DNA from: Clostridia bacterium
GTDB taxonomy: Bacteria > Bacillota > Clostridia > TANB77 > UBA1234
Assembly (NCBI GenBank): GCA_017469545.1
Contig: JAFUGE010000008.1
Coordinates: forward strand, 127,268 to 191,267
Length of the DNA: 64,000 bases
Direction of reading: 5' to 3'
The position numbers were made by a program, and so were the translations under genes. Shown one piece after another: positions 60,503 to 64,000 of this stretch. How positions within the stretch are numbered: position 1 is the stretch's first letter; each line of letters opens with the position of its first letter. The notes under the pieces are model-generated. The model did no database searches. It was not told where the DNA came from and saw only the letters and a list, made by a program, of their open reading frames with translations.

Positions 60503-61275
60503 TGGATAAAGAAAGATTTAAAAGAATAATTGAAATCTGTGCAGAACCAAAGGATGTTATAGATGAAGTTGCCAAAAATCATGATAATAATCTATGGTGG
60601 CCAAAGAATGTTGAGGATTATAGAAAAAGATTACTAATAGCCGGACTTTCGACAAGAATTTCATATAATATGATTGATACATATAAATCAGTAATATCTA
60701 AATTGGATAAATATAGTTATAGTGAATTATCAAATATGGAAAAGGAAAAAATTATTACCATAATAAAGCCATTAGGACTGTCTAACGCAAGGTATAATTA
60801 TATTAAATCAATGATAAATTTTGTCGATGAGTACCAAGATGAATTATTAAATTTTTCAAACGAAGAATTAATTACTCTTATTGCTCAAAAAGTAAAAGGA
60901 GCCTCATATAAAGTTGCTCAATGTTGTACGTTATATATGAAAGGATATTACTGCGGGATAATGCCAGTTGATAGTGGAATGAAAGATATAGAATTGCCTT
61001 GTATGGGATTTAACTATTATAAAAATGATAAGGGGCATGAAATTTTAAGAAAAGAACTTGAAGATTTAGTTGAATCTGTTGATTTTAATGAAATGATTAA
61101 GAAATCAAAATTCGATAAGTTTAATATAGAAAATAAACATCATCCTACATGGTTAATTCATTTGATATTGATATATTATAAACGATTATATTGTAATAAA
61201 CACAAAACAAAAGATTGCCCTCTTCACAGAGAAAAACTTACTAAAGATATGTGCTATAAAGAAGTAATAAAGTAA
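60503..61275 (+). CDS. HhH-GPD superfamily (endonuclease III/AlkA-like) base-excision glycosylase-like protein
   Basis: LIAQKVKGASYKVAQCCTLYMKGYYCGIMPVDSGM aligns to the helix-hairpin-helix plus Gly/Pro-rich loop plus catalytic Asp (L..LPGVG.KTA......F.....VDTH) of Nth/AlkA; ATG at 60503 overlaps the upstream stop. Confidence 0.5.
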
Positions 61276-61294
61276 GTAAGAAAGAGTGGTAGTT

Positions 61295-61810
61295 ATGATT
61301 ATTTTAGAAGGTATTGATGGCAGCGGAAAAACGACTTTAGCTTTGGAATTAAAAAAGCATGGTTTTAAAATGCATCATTTTGGATATGATGATTCAAGCA
61401 AAAGTATAGAGCAAAAATATTTAGATGTATTAAAACAAAATACAGACAGAATGGTAATGGATAGATGTTTTATTAGTGAATTAGTATATGGTCCTGTTTT
61501 ACGTGGAAACTGCAGATTAGACAAAACTCAAACTATCAATTTGTTGGAACAATATAAGAAAGTAGGTACAAGTATTATATACTTAAAGGCAGATAAGGAT
61601 GATATACTTTCTAGAAGAACAGAAGATAAAAAAGACTCAGAAATGTTAAGTAAATTTTATGAGGAATTAAATGATAAATATGATACCGCTATGTGGATTG
61701 CATCAAAATTTCTTGATGTTGAAGAAATAAATACTTCTAATTTATCAAAAAAAGAAACTATAAAACGTTTGGAGAGATATGTTGATGTGGGATTTGATTT
61801 TTGTAGGTAA
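61295..61810 (+). CDS. thymidylate kinase-like dNMP kinase
   Basis: MIILEGIDGSGKTT is the Tmk P-loop signature; 171 aa; DRC (DRCFISELVY) in the position of the Tmk DR(Y/H) motif. Confidence 0.6.
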   Translation: MIILEGIDGSGKTTLALELKKHGFKMHHFGYDDSSKSIEQKYLDVLKQNTDRMVMDRCFISELVYGPVLRGNCRLDKTQTINLLEQYKKVGTSIIYLKADKDDILSRRTEDKKDSEMLSKFYEELNDKYDTAMWIASKFLDVEEINTSNLSKKETIKRLERYVDVGFDFCR

Positions 61811-62552
61811 CATTTCAGAAGATAATATTATTATCAATGCAAGCAATAAAAGCAATAAGTGTATAGGCGGTAGTGCTGTGTATTCTTCGTTCGCTAGTAG
61901 AATTTCAAATGAATTTTTAAAAATAGGAATTATAGGAAAATGCAATGGTAAGTATAAAAATATTATTGAACAGAATAAAATAGACTTTTTGGGAAAAATA
62001 GTAGTTGATAACACTATATTTTATATAGACGAGATAAAGAATACATGTGAAGGGGAAAATTATAATAATGTTTGTTATGAAAATAGCAAAAAGGTTAAAA
62101 CAAGACATCTGCATATATCTTTCAGGAAAGGAATAAGTGTTGAACAGATTATAGAAAATGAATTAATTGAGTACGATTCACTATCAGTTGATGTTATGAT
62201 ATATAGCGTTAATTTTTTTATTCCTGTATTGAAAAAATATTCCAACAAAATTGATATCTTATTTTGTAATATGGATGAGTATATAATGATTAAAGAATAC
62301 ATAGATAGCAAAACAATAGTAGTTATAACTAATAATTCAAAACCTGTTACAGCATTAGCTTTTAATAAAATATATATGGCAGAAGTAGATTATATCTATA
62401 ATGTTCTTTCGACTACAGGTGCAGGAGATTCTTTTATTGGTGGCTTTTTAGGAAGATATTTGCAAGAAAAGAATTTGGAAGAATCCATAAAAAGCGGAAT
62501 AATGATATCGCAAAAATCGATATTGAATATTCGGACCTTTAATGAGCAATGA
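61785..62552 (+). CDS. PfkB-family carbohydrate/nucleoside kinase (ribokinase-like)
   Basis: C-terminal TTGAGDSFIGGFLG is the PfkB anion-hole/catalytic GAGD motif; ATG at 61785 is 8 nt after GGAGAG and overlaps the previous gene by 26 nt. Confidence 0.6.
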   Translation: MWDLIFVGNISEDNIIINASNKSNKCIGGSAVYSSFASRISNEFLKIGIIGKCNGKYKNIIEQNKIDFLGKIVVDNTIFYIDEIKNTCEGENYNNVCYENSKKVKTRHLHISFRKGISVEQIIENELIEYDSLSVDVMIYSVNFFIPVLKKYSNKIDILFCNMDEYIMIKEYIDSKTIVVITNNSKPVTALAFNKIYMAEVDYIYNVLSTTGAGDSFIGGFLGRYLQEKNLEESIKSGIMISQKSILNIRTFNEQ

Positions 62553-63381
62553 AGGAGTAAAAACGATTTCTTCATTAAAAGTATATGAAATGCCAAAAAA
62601 GGTTATTGTAATAGGAAATTCATGTGCAGGTAAAACAACTTTTGTGAATATGTATAGAAGTATCTTTGATATTTATGATGAAATAGATGATATTAAACCA
62701 CTAACAGAAGTGTTTATGCTAGATGACTTGATAAGAAAAAATGATATGAATTTAGAAAATATAGATGTTAAATATTGTAAAGATATACTTAAAGAATATG
62801 TATTAGAAAAAAATAATATTAATTTTTATACTAAACTATCTGAAAAAGGACAGGGACACGTTATATTAAGACCCGTTTTATGGGAAAAGATTGTTGAATA
62901 TTCTTTGAATGCATGTAATTCAGATAAATTTATTATTCAGCTTGCAAGAGGAAAAGATGAATCCTATGATGATATGGAAAAAACTAATGCGTATGAAAAA
63001 GCTTTTCAAATAATGGATGACAAGAAGAAATTAGGCAAAGATACAATTATAGTGAATTTAAAAGCTGATTTAAAAAGGAGAATTGATAGAAACGAACAAA
63101 GGAAACGAAATGGAGGTCATTATGTTGATTTTAATACTATGAATACTGTATATGCTCATGATATTTTTCAATATGATACGGATAAAGGAAGAGATTTTTA
63201 TGATATGAATGGTAGAAAACTTTTGGTTTACAATATTGAAAATAATAATATTTTGGACGAAAATGATTTGAAAGTTTTTATGAGTAATAATATAATCAAT
63301 ATGATTAAATATTATAACAAATTTAAGGAGGATGTATCAGATGGATATGAAAAAATTACAAAAAGAAGTTTATCAAAATAA
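62542..63381 (+). CDS. P-loop NTPase, putative (deoxy)nucleoside/nucleotide kinase (AAA_18/AAA_33-like)
   Basis: VIVIGNSCAGKTTFV Walker A near the N-terminus; start uncertain (ATG 62542 overlapping the PfkB stop, or in-frame ATG 62590). Confidence 0.5.
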   Translation: MSNEGVKTISSLKVYEMPKKVIVIGNSCAGKTTFVNMYRSIFDIYDEIDDIKPLTEVFMLDDLIRKNDMNLENIDVKYCKDILKEYVLEKNNINFYTKLSEKGQGHVILRPVLWEKIVEYSLNACNSDKFIIQLARGKDESYDDMEKTNAYEKAFQIMDDKKKLGKDTIIVNLKADLKRRIDRNEQRKRNGGHYVDFNTMNTVYAHDIFQYDTDKGRDFYDMNGRKLLVYNIENNNILDENDLKVFMSNNIINMIKYYNKFKEDVSDGYEKITKRSLSK

Positions 63382-63640
63382 ATTAAATAAAGGTTTTAAC
63401 GTTACAGATGTTAATAAAGAATTCTGCTTTTTGTATGGTGAAGTAGCAGAAGCATATGATGCATATAGAAAAGGAAAAGATGACTTAGGTGAAGAATTGG
63501 CAGATGTTGCAATATATTTATTGGGCCTTTCAGAAATTTTAGGTAAAGATTTGGAAGATGAAATATTAGCTAAATTTGAGAAAAATAAAAGTAGAGTATA
63601 TAAGAACATTGATGGCAGAAATGTTAGAATCGGTGATTAG
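63341..63640 (+). CDS. MazG-like nucleoside triphosphate pyrophosphohydrolase (all-alpha NTP-PPase)
   Basis: EFCFLYGEVAEAYDAY ... EELADVAIYLLGLSEILG is the EExxE...EExAD metal-binding signature of MazG/dCTPase-type NTP-PPases; ATG 63341 is 9 nt after AAGGAGG; overlaps the previous gene. Confidence 0.65.
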   Translation: MDMKKLQKEVYQNKLNKGFNVTDVNKEFCFLYGEVAEAYDAYRKGKDDLGEELADVAIYLLGLSEILGKDLEDEILAKFEKNKSRVYKNIDGRNVRIGD

Positions 63641-63641
63641 G

Positions 63642-64000
63642 ATGAAAATAAAAATGATTGAATATGAGGAAAATTACTTAAATGATGTTAGAGATTTGCT
63701 AACGGAATTAGAAGAATATATTGTCTCTATTGATCAGGACAAACTAGATAGAATTCATCCAGAGTATCATGAAAAAATGGCACTACTTGATTTAAAAAAG
63801 GTAAAAGAGAATCATGGAAAATGCTATCTTGCAATTAGAGACAATGATAAAGTTCTTGGCCTAATTATGGGAATCATTCCGGAATATGAAGAATCTGATT
63901 ATTTAGATTACAAATGTCCAAAAAGAGGAATCATTACAGAACTGGTTATTACAGAAAAAGCAAGGAGTATTGGTATCGGACATATGTTAATGGAAAAGAT
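63642..64000 (+). CDS. GNAT family N-acetyltransferase (5' part; truncated by the window end)
   Basis: MKIKMIEYEENYLNDVRDLL...GIITELVITEKARSIGIGHMLMEK is the GNAT motif A region; begins 2 nt after the MazG stop. Confidence 0.55.
   Translation, partial: MKIKMIEYEENYLNDVRDLLTELEEYIVSIDQDKLDRIHPEYHEKMALLDLKKVKENHGKCYLAIRDNDKVLGLIMGIIPEYEESDYLDYKCPKRGIITELVITEKARSIGIGHMLMEK

Overview
This is an AT-rich chromosomal segment from a spore-forming, Clostridia-like member of the Firmicutes, and most of it is core housekeeping. Evidence for the lineage: spoIIAA-spoIIAB-sigF, yabP/yabQ, a spoVB-like flippase, and CIRCE/hrcA control of dnaK. All identifications come from reading the translations; no database search was run.

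Gene content, left to right:
- A partial asnS, then gatCAB.
- A tRNA-Thr/Gly/Ser cluster.
- Several small hypothetical genes: an HExxH metallopeptidase-like protein, a TIGR00266/AIM24-like protein, an O-methyltransferase and a U32 peptidase.
- A TIGR03960 radical SAM gene paired with TIGR03936/DUF2344, then miaB.
- A TGS/uridine-kinase fusion gene and an RNHCP protein.
- An agr-like quorum-sensing locus (details below).
- A disrupted Rpn-family nuclease gene, a FAD-dependent oxidoreductase, mutY, sodC and uvrB.
- Sporulation and division genes: spoIIAA-spoIIAB-sigF, yabP-yabQ-divIC.
- tRNA-Leu and cdaA.
- Two tandem tiny Cys-rich peptide genes and a tRNA (likely Glu).
- rpsB-tsf and the pyrH-frr-uppS-cdsA-rseP block.
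- A SpoVB/MOP flippase and an ATP-grasp protein.
- hrcA-grpE-dnaK-dnaJ with two CIRCE operators.
- rsmE, yicC-remA-rpoZ, a cytidylate-kinase-like P-loop protein, and secA.

Two things stand out.

First, an abundant family of roughly 27-bp GC-rich palindromic intergenic elements. The consensus is TGTAGGGGCAGCGTAnnACGCTGCCC(CTACA), a REP/REPIN-like architecture. Single and inverted-doublet copies lie between almost every operon across 1.2-54.3 kb, and several overlap gene stop codons.

Second, downstream of secA (about 57.0 kb to the window end) there is a visibly more AT-rich, REP-free island. It opens with an internally deleted tyrosine-integrase remnant and carries a translationally coupled run of same-strand genes:
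- a 5'(3')-deoxyribonucleotidase-like HAD protein;
- a radical SAM protein with a non-canonical C-x5-C-x2-C motif and a roughly 200-aa N-terminal extension;
- an Asp/Glu-racemase/maleate-isomerase-like protein;
- an HhH-GPD DNA-glycosylase-like protein;
- a thymidylate-kinase-like P-loop kinase;
- a PfkB sugar/nucleoside kinase;
- a second P-loop kinase;
- a MazG-like NTP pyrophosphohydrolase;
- a GNAT acetyltransferase, truncated by the window end.
This looks like an undescribed pathway for nucleotide/DNA modification or nucleotide-pool-based defence, and is the strongest candidate for something new.

Other notable features:
- The agr-like locus has a likely AgrD autoinducer precursor (36 aa) that is missing from the ORF track, placed between agrB and a convergent LytTR regulator/HPK10 kinase pair.
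- Three paralogous roughly 40-aa Cys-rich tiny TM peptides.
- A perfect 64-bp palindrome between divergent genes upstream of mutY.
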